DNA from: Clostridia bacterium
Lineage (GTDB): Bacteria > Bacillota > Clostridia > RUG12999
NCBI GenBank assembly: GCA_022801925.1
Contig: JAAWTG010000007.1
Coordinates: 211 to 64,210, forward strand
Direction of reading: 5' to 3'
Length of the DNA: 64,000 nt
The notes below the pieces were generated by a model. It was given only the letters and a program-made list of their open reading frames with translations, made no database searches and was not told the DNA's origin. The translations under genes and the position numbers were made by a program. This document shows, piece by piece, positions 1 to 8,594 of this stretch (its first letter is position 1; every line of letters starts with the position of its first letter).

Positions 1-1574
1 CGCAGTTTTTTCACATCCACTTCCGCACGCGTGAAGCTGTCTACAATCGGCTGCCCACCGCCTGTGACGCAGCCGCCGGGACATGCCATGATTTCAATAA
101 AATGATAATCTGCTTTGCCTTCCTTGATATCGTTCAGCAGTTTTCTGGCATTGCCGAGACCATGCGCAACAGCAACATTGACCGCTGTTCCGCCAATGTC
201 TACGGAAGCGGTTTTAATGCCGTCGGTTCCGCGGACTGCTTCAAATTCCACTTTATCCAAATCTTTGTGTTCTACCAATTCTTTCACGGTGCGCAGAGCC
301 GCTTCCATTACGCCGCCTGTTGCGCCGAAGATAACGCCGGCGCCGCTGCCGATACCAAACGGTACGTCAAATTCGCCGTCTTCCAACCTGGTGAACTGAA
401 TACCGGCTTGTTTAATCATCTTCGCCAGTTCGCGGGTGGTGATAACGCTGTCAACGTCCTCTAGACCGTTCACTGCCATTTCCTCCCGTTTGGATTCAAA
501 TTTCTTACTGCTGCAAGGCATGACAGAAACCACATAAATATCTTTGGGGTCAATACCCATCTGCTCCGCATAGTAGGATTTCAGCACTGCACCGAACATT
601 TGGTGCGGTGATTTACAACTGGACAGATTCGGAATAAATTCAGGGAAGAAATGTTCGCAGAACTTAATCCAGCCGGGGGAACAAGACGTAATCATGGGCA
701 ACTTTCCGCCGTTTTGAATGCGATGTAGCAATTCTGTGCCTTCTTCCATGATGGTGAGGTCTGCCGCAAAGTCGGTGTCGAACACTTTGTCAAACCCGAG
801 TTTGCGCAGAGCGCTGACCATTTTACCTGTCACCGGCGTACCCATTTCCAGACCGAATTCTTCGCCCAGTCCAGCGCGGACGGCGGGAGCAGTCTGCACA
901 ACAACGTGTTTGGTTTCGTCTGCCAATGCTTTCCAAACGTCGTCAATTTCATTTTTCTCATATAATGCGCCGACAGGACAAGCAGAAATACATTGTCCGC
1001 AGTTCACGCAGGGGACGTCTGCTAAACTCATATCGAATGCGGAACCAATGCGGGTGTTGATGCCGCGGTAAGCCGAATCAATAACGGATACCGTCTGCAC
1101 ATTTTTACAGACACTCACGCAGCGGCGGCACAAAATACATTTATTATTGTCTCTCACGATAGAAGGGGAGAGGTCGTCAATTTCATGATGTGTGTTTTCG
1201 CCGTCAAAACGGATATCGTCAATGCCCAGTTCCTCTGCTAATGTCTGGAGTTCGCAGTTGCGGTTGCGCGGACAGGTCAGACATTTGCGTTCGTGGCTGG
1301 ACAGAATCAGTTCCACAGTTGCGCGGCGTGCTTCGCGTACCTTGGGAGAATTGGTATAGACCACCAATCCTTCGGTAGCGGGATAAACACAGGAAGCCTG
1401 CAAGGCGCGGGCGCCTTGGATTTCCACAATACACACGCGGCATGCACCGATTTCATTGATATCTTTCAAATAACACAGCGTGGGGATTTTAATGCCCGCC
1501 TGTTTGGCAGCTTCCAGAACGGTCGTGCCTTCCGGCACGCTAACCGGAATATCGTCAATCGTTAAATTTATCAT
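1..1574 (-). CDS. hydA: [FeFe]-hydrogenase catalytic subunit (HydA/HndD type). The C-terminal end runs off the window start.
   Basis: Absent from the ORF track because it is open at the window edge. My translation from ATG 1574 gives MINLTIDDIPVSVPEGTTVLEAAKQAGIKIPTLCYLKDINEIGACRVC (2Fe-2S N-domain). The first ~100 nt read EIMACPGGCVTGGGQP (H-cluster L3 motif). AGGAGG lies 10 nt upstream of the ATG. Confidence 0.9.
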   Translation of the reverse strand, partial: MINLTIDDIPVSVPEGTTVLEAAKQAGIKIPTLCYLKDINEIGACRVCIVEIQGARALQASCVYPATEGLVVYTNSPKVREARRATVELILSSHERKCLTCPRNRNCELQTLAEELGIDDIRFDGENTHHEIDDLSPSIVRDNNKCILCRRCVSVCKNVQTVSVIDSAYRGINTRIGSAFDMSLADVPCVNCGQCISACPVGALYEKNEIDDVWKALADETKHVVVQTAPAVRAGLGEEFGLEMGTPVTGKMVSALRKLGFDKVFDTDFAADLTIMEEGTELLHRIQNGGKLPMITSCSPGWIKFCEHFFPEFIPNLSSCKSPHQMFGAVLKSYYAEQMGIDPKDIYVVSVMPCSSKKFESKREEMAVNGLEDVDSVITTRELAKMIKQAGIQFTRLEDGEFDVPFGIGSGAGVIFGATGGVMEAALRTVKELVEHKDLDKVEFEAVRGTDGIKTASVDIGGTAVNVAVAHGLGNARKLLNDIKEGKADYHFIEIMACPGGCVTGGGQPIVDSFTRAEVDVKKL

Positions 1575-1592
1575 TCTTCATCATCCTCCTAA

Positions 1593-3392
1593 TTAAACGG
1601 TCGTGATTGCGCCGAACTTACAGCTATCCATACAAGCGCCGCATTTGATACATTTGTTTTTGTCAATCACAAACGGCTTGCCGCGTTCGCCGTCAATGGC
1701 ATGAACCGGACATTTTCTTGAGCACAGGCTACAGCCTTTACATTTAGACGGCACGATTTCATAGGACAACAGCGCCTTACAAACGCCGGCAGGACATTTT
1801 TTATCCTGAACGTGCGCAATATATTCATCTTTAAAATAGCGCAGCGTACTTAAAATGGGGTTGGGCGCCGTCTGTCCCAAACCACATAGTGCGGAGGATT
1901 TCACGGTATAGCACAGCGCTTCTAAGTTGTCCAAATCCTCCATGGTTCCTTTGCCTTTGGTGATTTTATCTAAGATTTCATACATGCGTTTTGTTCCGAT
2001 ACGGCAGGGCGCACATTTACCGCAGGATTCGTCTACGGTGAATTCTAAGAAGAATTTCGCAATGTCCACCATACAGCTATCCTCGTCCATGACAATCAAT
2101 CCGCCGGAACCCATCATGGAACCGATGCTGATGAGAGAATCGTAGTCCATAGGGGTGTCAATCAAAGAAGCCGGAATACAGCCGCCGGAAGGTCCGCCGG
2201 TCTGCGCTGCTTTGAATTTTTTGCCATTCGGTACGCCACCGCCGATTTCTTCCACGACTTCACGCAGCGTTGTACCCATGGGGATTTCCACCAGGCCGGT
2301 GTTTTTAATTTTTCCGCCCAATGCAAATACTTTGGTACCTTTGCTCTTTTCCGTACCAATAGAGGAGAACCAGTCCGCGCCTTTTAAGACAATTTGCGGC
2401 ACATTGGCATAGGTTTCCACGTTGTTGAGAATGGTCGGGCTTTCAAACAACCCTTTCACTGCGGGGAACGGCGGACGGGGACGCGGTTCCCCGCGGTGTC
2501 CTTCGATGGAGTTCATCAATGCCGTTTCCTCACCGCAGACAAATGCGCCTGCCCCCAAACGGATTTCCAAGTCAAAGCTGAAATCTGTATCAAAAATGTG
2601 GTCGCCCAGCAGTCCATATTCTTTTGCCTGCCCGATAGCGATGGACAAACGGTGTACGGCAATGGGATATTCCGCACGGATATAGACAAATCCTTTGTTT
2701 GCTCCAATCGCATAAGCAGCGATTGCCATGGCTTCAATAACGGCGTGCGGGTCGCCCTCCAGAATAGAACGGTCCATAAATGCGCCCGGGTCACCTTCGT
2801 CCGCATTACAAGCAACATATTTTTGTCCTTCCGGCTGGTCGGCGGCAAACTGCCATTTTAAACCGGTGGGGAATCCGCCGCCGCCGCGTCCGCGCAGTCC
2901 GCTGGCTTTGATGATATCAATGACGTCCTGCGGTTTGCATTCTGTCAAAACTTTACCCAGCGCCTGATAACCGTCAACACCGATATATTCTTCAATATTT
3001 TCAGGATTAATCACACCACAGTTGCGCAGTGCAACGCGCATTTGCTTTTTATAGAAATTCACCTCATTCAAGGACTTGATGTCGTCCTCTTCCTCATGAA
3101 TGGTTTCTTCATATAATAACCGCTGCACAATACGTCCTTTGAGCAGATGCTCTTCCACGATTTCAGCAACATCTTCCGGTTTTACCATGCTGTAGAATGC
3201 GCCTTCGGGGTAAACAATGACAATCGGTCCCAGTGCGCAAAGCCCGAAACAACCGGTCTGAACGACTTTCACTTCTTTTTCTAGTTGTTTTTCCGCCAGC
3301 TGTTTTTCAAATTCTTTCAAGATTTTCTCGGAGCCGGAAGATGTACAGCCGGTTCCGCCGCATACCAATACGTGTGCCCTGTATAAATTCAT
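1593..3392 (-). CDS. hydB: NAD(H)/FMN-binding subunit of a bifurcating [FeFe]-hydrogenase (NuoF/HydB/HndC-like)
   Basis: ORF 1593..3401. Motifs: GLRGRGGGGFPTGLKW, an N-terminal thioredoxin-like 2Fe-2S (VCGGTGC, CFGLC) and C-terminal 2x[4Fe-4S] (CKGCSLCSRKCP, CIKCGACMDSC). I moved the start to ATG 3392 because GAGGAG abuts ATG 3401 but lies 9 nt before 3392. Confidence 0.93.
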   Translation of the reverse strand: MNLYRAHVLVCGGTGCTSSGSEKILKEFEKQLAEKQLEKEVKVVQTGCFGLCALGPIVIVYPEGAFYSMVKPEDVAEIVEEHLLKGRIVQRLLYEETIHEEEDDIKSLNEVNFYKKQMRVALRNCGVINPENIEEYIGVDGYQALGKVLTECKPQDVIDIIKASGLRGRGGGGFPTGLKWQFAADQPEGQKYVACNADEGDPGAFMDRSILEGDPHAVIEAMAIAAYAIGANKGFVYIRAEYPIAVHRLSIAIGQAKEYGLLGDHIFDTDFSFDLEIRLGAGAFVCGEETALMNSIEGHRGEPRPRPPFPAVKGLFESPTILNNVETYANVPQIVLKGADWFSSIGTEKSKGTKVFALGGKIKNTGLVEIPMGTTLREVVEEIGGGVPNGKKFKAAQTGGPSGGCIPASLIDTPMDYDSLISIGSMMGSGGLIVMDEDSCMVDIAKFFLEFTVDESCGKCAPCRIGTKRMYEILDKITKGKGTMEDLDNLEALCYTVKSSALCGLGQTAPNPILSTLRYFKDEYIAHVQDKKCPAGVCKALLSYEIVPSKCKGCSLCSRKCPVHAIDGERGKPFVIDKNKCIKCGACMDSCKFGAITTV

Positions 3393-3407
3393 TGTACTCA
3401 TCTCCTC

Positions 3408-3779
3408 TTATTCGTTTGCCGCGCCAATGGTGAATTCCGCAACGGGGCGTTTGTTGATAATATGTTCCGCTACAATGCGGGACACTTTTTCAGGATTCAT
3501 GTGAATATAGGTCACTTTTTCTTCGCCCGGCATAAACACTTCCACAATGGGCTCCAAACGGCACATGCCGATACAGCCGGTCTGTGTTACAGTGACGTCA
3601 GCCAGTCCGCGTTTTGCGATTTCGTCCATAAATGCGCTCATCACAGGACGCGCGCCTGCTGCAATGCCACAAGTTGCCATACCGACGACCACGCGGATGC
3701 CATCCTCGCGGTCTTGACGCAGGCTTACTTGCTGCGATACTCTGTCTTTGATTGCCTGTAATTCAGCTAAACTTTTCAT
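3408..3779 (-). CDS. Thioredoxin-like [2Fe-2S] ferredoxin subunit (HndB/HydD-like)
   Basis: ORF 3408..3809. MKSLAELQAIKDRV...VVVGMATCGIAAGA...TGCIGMCRLEPIVEV matches the small 2Fe-2S protein found between hydC and hydB in hyd/hnd operons. ATG 3779 is preferred over TTG 3809, which has no SD. Confidence 0.78.
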   Translation of the reverse strand: MKSLAELQAIKDRVSQQVSLRQDREDGIRVVVGMATCGIAAGARPVMSAFMDEIAKRGLADVTVTQTGCIGMCRLEPIVEVFMPGEEKVTYIHMNPEKVSRIVAEHIINKRPVAEFTIGAANE

Positions 3780-3949
3780 ACTAATTACCCATAGCCTTTC
3801 TGCCCACAAAATAATAATAAAAAATTTTTAAGCGCCTTATCGTGGGCAGATAAGACGTAAAACGGATTTCCGTAAAGGCGAAAACGCCGTGTGGGAATCC
3901 AATCTATTAACGTGATAGTTCACGCTAGTTTCTTTGAAACAATAGCGGG

Positions 3950-4495
3950 TTAGGTTGTTTGAAGTGAATCCAATCCTTCCTGCACATAGGCTTGTATCCA
4001 GTTTGCGACTTCCGGCGTATCCAGCGGTATGCCCTCTAATATGGTGCGTATTTCGCGGGTGTCAAAGGTAAAAGACATGTCGTCCACTGTGTGCGTGTAA
4101 ACAAAATCAATCTGCGGACTGCCGGATACCAGAACACTCATGGTGCCGGGCATGTCGCCGACCGGCGCACGGTCAATGTGCGAAAGTCCAAACACAGCGC
4201 ACAGCGTTGTACCAACGCCGACTTGAGACTGGATATCCAAACTGCCGTCGCAGCCGACCGCCGCCATTTCCATAAGCGGAATGCCCATGCCGACCTTGCG
4301 CGTTGTGCGCGTGGTCGTGAAAGGATCGCGTACCCGCTGCAACAATTCTTTGTCCATGCCGCAGCCATTGTCTGCTACGGTAATGCGCAGAGTATCTGCC
4401 GCGGTATCTTCTTCAATGCTGATTTGAATGAGAGAAGCGTTCGCTTTCACAGAATTTTGCGCGATGTCTAATATATGCAAGGATAATTCTTTCAT
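3950..4495 (-). CDS. GHKL (histidine-kinase-like) ATPase domain protein with no DHp/His box
   Basis: MKELSLHILDIAQNS...ITVADNGCGMD...GMGIPL...VGVGT are N, G1 and G2-like ATP-lid motifs. AAGGAGAG lies 7 nt upstream of ATG 4495. Confidence 0.75.
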   Translation of the reverse strand: MKELSLHILDIAQNSVKANASLIQISIEEDTAADTLRITVADNGCGMDKELLQRVRDPFTTTRTTRKVGMGIPLMEMAAVGCDGSLDIQSQVGVGTTLCAVFGLSHIDRAPVGDMPGTMSVLVSGSPQIDFVYTHTVDDMSFTFDTREIRTILEGIPLDTPEVANWIQAYVQEGLDSLQTT

Positions 4496-4507
4496 CGGAA
4501 TCTCTCC

Positions 4508-5200
4508 TTAACGCCGAAATAATGTTTCAAGACCGCTTTCCAATTCGCCGCCGTCCTGTGCAATATCCTCCAGATAGTGTGCATCGGAATTTTGCAAAAT
4601 ACTGTAGTGCGCCAAGTCGGGACGGCTGTCCAAATAGGCAGATATATCTGTCACGCGCCGCGACACTTCAATCCAGCGGATGTCTAAATCATCGGGGATG
4701 AACCCCAGATTGGTCAGCACGCTATAGGAATGACGGTCTACATGCGCCGGAATAAATACGCCGCCCGCTTCCGTTACCAAACGGAACAGTTCCTCCAGGG
4801 AAAGCCGGCACGCATTGATTAACAATTTTTCTTCACAGCCTACCACTTCGTCTTGGGCATTCATCAGTGCCTGCTGTCCGAAAATTTCCGGCTGGTTGGG
4901 AATGTCAGGGAGCGCTTCATAGACGCGTTTCGCGACAAATTCCGCCGCGTCCAAAGTGGGGTAGAGGGTCAAAATATGAACTTCCTCCGCTGTCGCCACT
5001 TCCATGGCAGGTATCACTTTCACGCCGACGCTGCGCCCAACCTCCATGGCAGCCGCAACATTGCCGATTGCATTGTGGTCGGAAAGTGCAATAGCGTCCA
5101 GTCCGTTCAGCATTGCCATATTGACAATGTTGTTGGGCGTCATATCCATATCGCCGCAAGGGGAAAGGGCGGAATGCAGATGAAAATCATAGCGCATCAT
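4508..5200 (-). CDS. PHP-domain metal-dependent phosphoesterase
   Basis: N-terminal YDFHLHSALSPCG...ALSDHN is a PHP His/Asp motif pattern. The start overlaps the upstream stop as ATGA (5197-5200). Confidence 0.8.
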   Translation of the reverse strand: MMRYDFHLHSALSPCGDMDMTPNNIVNMAMLNGLDAIALSDHNAIGNVAAAMEVGRSVGVKVIPAMEVATAEEVHILTLYPTLDAAEFVAKRVYEALPDIPNQPEIFGQQALMNAQDEVVGCEEKLLINACRLSLEELFRLVTEAGGVFIPAHVDRHSYSVLTNLGFIPDDLDIRWIEVSRRVTDISAYLDSRPDLAHYSILQNSDAHYLEDIAQDGGELESGLETLFRR

Positions 5201-5532
5201 ATGCCCGTCGCCTCGTGTACCCGAAGCCCAAGTTCATAGCTGGGAAGGGGAGAGCGAAATATCACAACGTCCTGCATGTTTGCTTTTTGCAGGACAGCGT
5301 CCTCTATCGGAACATCTTCTGAGACCACAACACATGCCGCATCCGCCAGAGAAGCCACTGCGACAATATTGACATTGCTCATCACTGTAATCCAAACGTC
5401 CTGCGGTTTGGCACGTCCCATGACCCAACTCAGCAAATCGCCGATATAGCAACCGGTGATTTCACGGTCGTCATAATCCGGTTCTGTCAACAATTCCAAT
5501 TGCAGCGTTTCGGCAAGTTCGGAGATTTTCAT
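5197..5532 (-). CDS. DRTGG-domain protein
   Basis: 111 aa. Size, the ITGCYIGDLLSWVM...VWITVMSNVNIVAVA pattern and the neighbourhood fit DRTGG-family proteins of hyd loci. ATGA overlap with the upstream gene (5529-5532). Confidence 0.6.
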   Translation of the reverse strand: MKISELAETLQLELLTEPDYDDREITGCYIGDLLSWVMGRAKPQDVWITVMSNVNIVAVASLADAACVVVSEDVPIEDAVLQKANMQDVVIFRSPLPSYELGLRVHEATGI

Positions 5533-6839
5533 AAGTCCTCGTCCTCCTTTTGGTTGTTCAACCCATAAGGGCGCGCTTCCAAATCAAAGAGTTCTTTGGC
5601 AAGTTCCCGCACCCGTTCGCGCATTTTGAAAATGCAGTCATTTTCGTTGCCGAATCCGCGGACAATATCTTCTGCAAGCGCTTTGCAGGAGGGCGCGCCG
5701 CAGGAACCGCAGTCCAGTTTCGGCATACTTTCATAGAGCGCGTCCATCTGTTCCATTTTTTGCATTGCCACCGCAAAATCTTCATCTAGTTTCATCACAG
5801 GTTCGTGTTCAATCGGTGTGCGGAACAGTGCGTCCTCCAGCGCGACAGAACAGCTTTCCTGCCGTTTGGGCAGTTCGCTTGTGATATGCTTCAGCCGCGT
5901 TGTCGTCACAAAAGAATTTGTGATGTTGAGTACGCCGCCCACGCAGCCGCCAAGACAGGCGGACAGTTCTACGAAGTCCACATCGTCCAGTTTTTCGTCC
6001 TCAATTTGTTCCAAAATGTTCATCACATTGTCAATGCCGTCCACTGCGATATACTGCATGGTGTCCGTGCCTTCGCATTCTCCGCCGCTACGCGCCCAGG
6101 ACACGCCTTCCATGCCCGCAACAGACAGGGGCTTGGGCTGCGTGATGTTTTTTAAAACAGGCAGCAATTTGGCGCAGATTTCGTTAGCGGAAATCGCACC
6201 GCTGACATTAGATTGTTCCAAAGCGAGCGGCGCTTTAATGCTCGTTACTTTGGCAGGACAAGGCGTGATGAAAAACACGCCGATTTTTTCGTTCGGCAAT
6301 CCTGTTTTCTCTGTTGCTTCCCGCCGCGCCATCATGGCGGCAACCTCCATTGGAGACAGTAGGTTCAAAATATTGCCAATCAGATTTGGAAAGCGGACTT
6401 TAATCAGCCGTACTACCGCAGGGCAAGCGGAACTAATGACAGGACTTTGTAGCGCCCCCTCCTGCAGCAACCGGCGGGTAATCGCGCTTACTGCTTCCGC
6501 GCCGCGCGCCACTTCAAAAACGCTGTCAAAACCGATTTCCTCTAAACCTGTTAAAATCACGTTGGCGCCTTCTGTGTTTTTAAACTGTCCGTAAAGGGAG
6601 GGAGCGGGCAGTGCAATATTGTATTCATAATCGCTTAGCATAGCAAAGCTATCTGTTACAGCAAGCTTTGCGTGATAGGGACAAACGCGGATACATTCGC
6701 CGCAGTCAATGCACCGCTCCTTGATAATTTTTGCTTTTCCGCCGCGCACACGGATTGCCTCCGTTGGGCAGCGTTTGATGCAGTTGGTGCAGCCTTGGCA
6801 TTTATCCGTGTCCAGTGTTACAGAATGAAAATAGCTCAT
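5529..6839 (-). CDS. [FeFe]-hydrogenase-like Fe-S protein, a putative sensory (group C-like) hydrogenase lacking PAS
   Basis: N-terminal 2x CxxCxxCxxxCP (CQGCTNCIKRCP, CIDCGECIRVCP). Cysteines are present at the H-cluster motif positions (SSACPAV, ITPCPAKV, ELSACLGGCVGG). There is a C-terminal CGSCGAPSC Fe-S motif. Confidence 0.8.
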   Translation of the reverse strand: MSYFHSVTLDTDKCQGCTNCIKRCPTEAIRVRGGKAKIIKERCIDCGECIRVCPYHAKLAVTDSFAMLSDYEYNIALPAPSLYGQFKNTEGANVILTGLEEIGFDSVFEVARGAEAVSAITRRLLQEGALQSPVISSACPAVVRLIKVRFPNLIGNILNLLSPMEVAAMMARREATEKTGLPNEKIGVFFITPCPAKVTSIKAPLALEQSNVSGAISANEICAKLLPVLKNITQPKPLSVAGMEGVSWARSGGECEGTDTMQYIAVDGIDNVMNILEQIEDEKLDDVDFVELSACLGGCVGGVLNITNSFVTTTRLKHITSELPKRQESCSVALEDALFRTPIEHEPVMKLDEDFAVAMQKMEQMDALYESMPKLDCGSCGAPSCKALAEDIVRGFGNENDCIFKMRERVRELAKELFDLEARPYGLNNQKEDEDL

Positions 6840-6848
6840 GGTCTCACC

Positions 6849-7259
6849 TCATAGATTGATCGAAAGCACAACGGTTGTGCCTTTGCCGACCTCCGTTTCA
6901 ATAGACATATCATCTGCATATTTTTGAATGTTCGGCAGTCCCATGCCTGCCCCAAAGCCCAGTTCGCGGATTTTGTCGTTTGCCGTGGAATACCCCTCCT
7001 GCATGGCAAGAGAGATGTCTGCAATACCGGGACCTTGGTCGCGAAAAGTAATGACAATTTTGTCTTTTTCAATTGCCGCATCGCATTCGCCGCCGCCGCC
7101 GTGAATGACCGTGTTAATTTCCGCTTCGTACATGGCAATGGCGACCTTGCGAACAATTTCCGCAGGCGTCCCCAGCTTTTTTAAAACGGTTTTAAAATCG
7201 CTGGACGCTTCGCCGGCAATGGAAAAATCTTTGCCGTCAATTTTATAATATTTGTGCAT
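6849..7259 (-). CDS. SpoIIAB/RsbW-like GHKL ATPase (anti-sigma-type Ser kinase fold)
   Basis: 136 aa. AIAMYEAEINTVIHGGGG...DQGPGI...GFGAGMGLPN...GKGTTV are N-box and G-box motifs of HATPase_c_2-type proteins. Confidence 0.7.
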   Translation of the reverse strand: MHKYYKIDGKDFSIAGEASSDFKTVLKKLGTPAEIVRKVAIAMYEAEINTVIHGGGGECDAAIEKDKIVITFRDQGPGIADISLAMQEGYSTANDKIRELGFGAGMGLPNIQKYADDMSIETEVGKGTTVVLSINL

Positions 7260-7611
7260 GGCTCCGCCCCCTTAACCCTTTCTGATAAAGCCTGCCGCAG
7301 GCAGGATACATGGGAAGGTCCGTTGCCAGAATAATGACACCCTTTTGTTTTGCCAGAGAAATCACGTCCTCTGCCGGCGATTTGCCGCGTACAAAACAAA
7401 TGGCGATAATATCCATCATTTCCGCCGTGCGGATAACTTGGGAGTTGATAAGTCCGGTCAAAAGCAGCGACTGGTCTTTGACATAGGCGAGGACATCACT
7501 CATCAAATCGCTTCCGCAAGCGGTGTTGATTTCAATATTTTCCAGTGCGTTGTCATCTTCGCCGGTCAATACCTGTGCGCTTAAAATGGTTTTGATTTCA
7601 GACAGCAGCAT
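7243..7611 (-). CDS. DRTGG-domain protein
   Basis: ORF 7243..7620 (GTG). ATG 7611 is preferred because AAAGGAGTGG lies 8 nt upstream. SDVLAYVKDQSLLLTGL...IAICFVRGK resembles the DRTGG fold. The 3' end overlaps the next gene by 17 nt. Confidence 0.6.
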   Translation of the reverse strand: MLLSEIKTILSAQVLTGEDDNALENIEINTACGSDLMSDVLAYVKDQSLLLTGLINSQVIRTAEMMDIIAICFVRGKSPAEDVISLAKQKGVIILATDLPMYPACGRLYQKGLRGRSHAQIL

Positions 7612-7635
7612 GTGCACCACTCCTTTTACTTTATA

Positions 7636-8130
7636 TCAGGCGGTATATTTGCTTAAAATAGAATCAATTTCATCTACCGTCAATTTTCCATAAACATCAT
7701 CGTTGATGGTCATGACAGGCGCCAATCCACATGCACCGATACAACGGGTGGCGTCCAGAGAAAATCTGCCGTCGCTCGTGCATTCACCGACTTCAATGTT
7801 CAGACGCTGCTTGATTTTATCAATGATGTCGCCAGAGCCTTTGACATAGCAGGCGGTACCGAGGCAGACGCCGATTTTGTATTCTCCCTTGGGTTTGAGA
7901 GAAAACTGGGCGTAGAACGTGACAACGCCGTAAACCTCTGTTAAAGACAGACCGAGCCCATCGGCAATGCGTTTTTGTACTTCAATTGGCAAATAGCCAT
8001 AGACCTCCTGCGCTTCATGCAAAATGGGAATCAATGCACCGCGCGTTTCTTTATGCGTGGCAATGATATCCTGTAGTTTTGCCGCTTGTTCTTCCGTTTC
8101 GTGAAATGGAATCGTTGTTTTTGGTTCCAT
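7636..8130 (-). CDS. hydC: NuoE-like [2Fe-2S] subunit of the bifurcating hydrogenase
   Basis: ORF 7636..8208. ...ALIPILHEAQEVYGYLP...GVCLGTACYVKG...CIGACGLAPV is the NuoE/HndA signature. ATG 8130 is preceded by AAGGGAGA. Confidence 0.9.
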   Translation of the reverse strand: MEPKTTIPFHETEEQAAKLQDIIATHKETRGALIPILHEAQEVYGYLPIEVQKRIADGLGLSLTEVYGVVTFYAQFSLKPKGEYKIGVCLGTACYVKGSGDIIDKIKQRLNIEVGECTSDGRFSLDATRCIGACGLAPVMTINDDVYGKLTVDEIDSILSKYTA

Positions 8131-8284
8131 GTGGAATTCTCCCTTCTCGTTGCAATTATGTACCTGCAACAAACTATTGCCCGCCTTGGCGGATAACGTC
8201 TCTTGCATTGGTGTTTTCTGCCATTCGGGCAGGGGTGGCGAAAGTTTCAGACTTTATCTTTTTTTTCACAAACCCATCTCATTC

Positions 8285-8293
8285 ATTATAACA
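8285..8293 (-). promoter_or_regulatory. Extended -10 (TGTTATAAT) candidate promoter for the hyd operon
   Basis: The reverse complement of 8285-8293 reads TGTTATAAT, about 155 nt upstream of the hydC ATG. No good -35 is present. Confidence 0.4.
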
Positions 8294-8594
8294 GTAAACC
8301 AAAAAAAAAGCTAGAGAAATTTCAGAAAAACAATCATCACAGTGTAGAAAAAACGACAAAAAAATTAGGAGAAATGCACAAAGAGAAAGAAGTCTCCTTT
8401 TGATTTCTGGACAGAAGCGTTTATGCAGGGAGAATCAGGGATTTATAGTAAAATGAAGTGTGGCGTCAGATACTATTTTATGGGGAAGGCGTTGCCGGAA
8501 AATTTTGAAGGAAGCGGAAACGAGGGCGAAAAAATGGAATAGAATGGTATGCAGCTGGAAATACTAAGAAAAATATTTTGTGGAGGCGGCATAT

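Noticed and set aside
3911-3924. Palindrome cgtga-tagt-tcacg between the second GHKL ATPase gene and the 2Fe-2S gene
   Set aside because: It has only 5+5 bp. The spacing is 2 nt shorter than a Rex or CRP-type site, so it is too short to separate from chance.
8258-8275. Possible Rex (redox repressor) operator in the hyd operon leader. The minus strand reads TTGTGAAAAAAAAGATAA.
   Set aside because: Only the left half-site TTGTGAA matches the TTGTGAA-N4-TTCACAA consensus. The right half is unrelated, so I do not call a Rex box.
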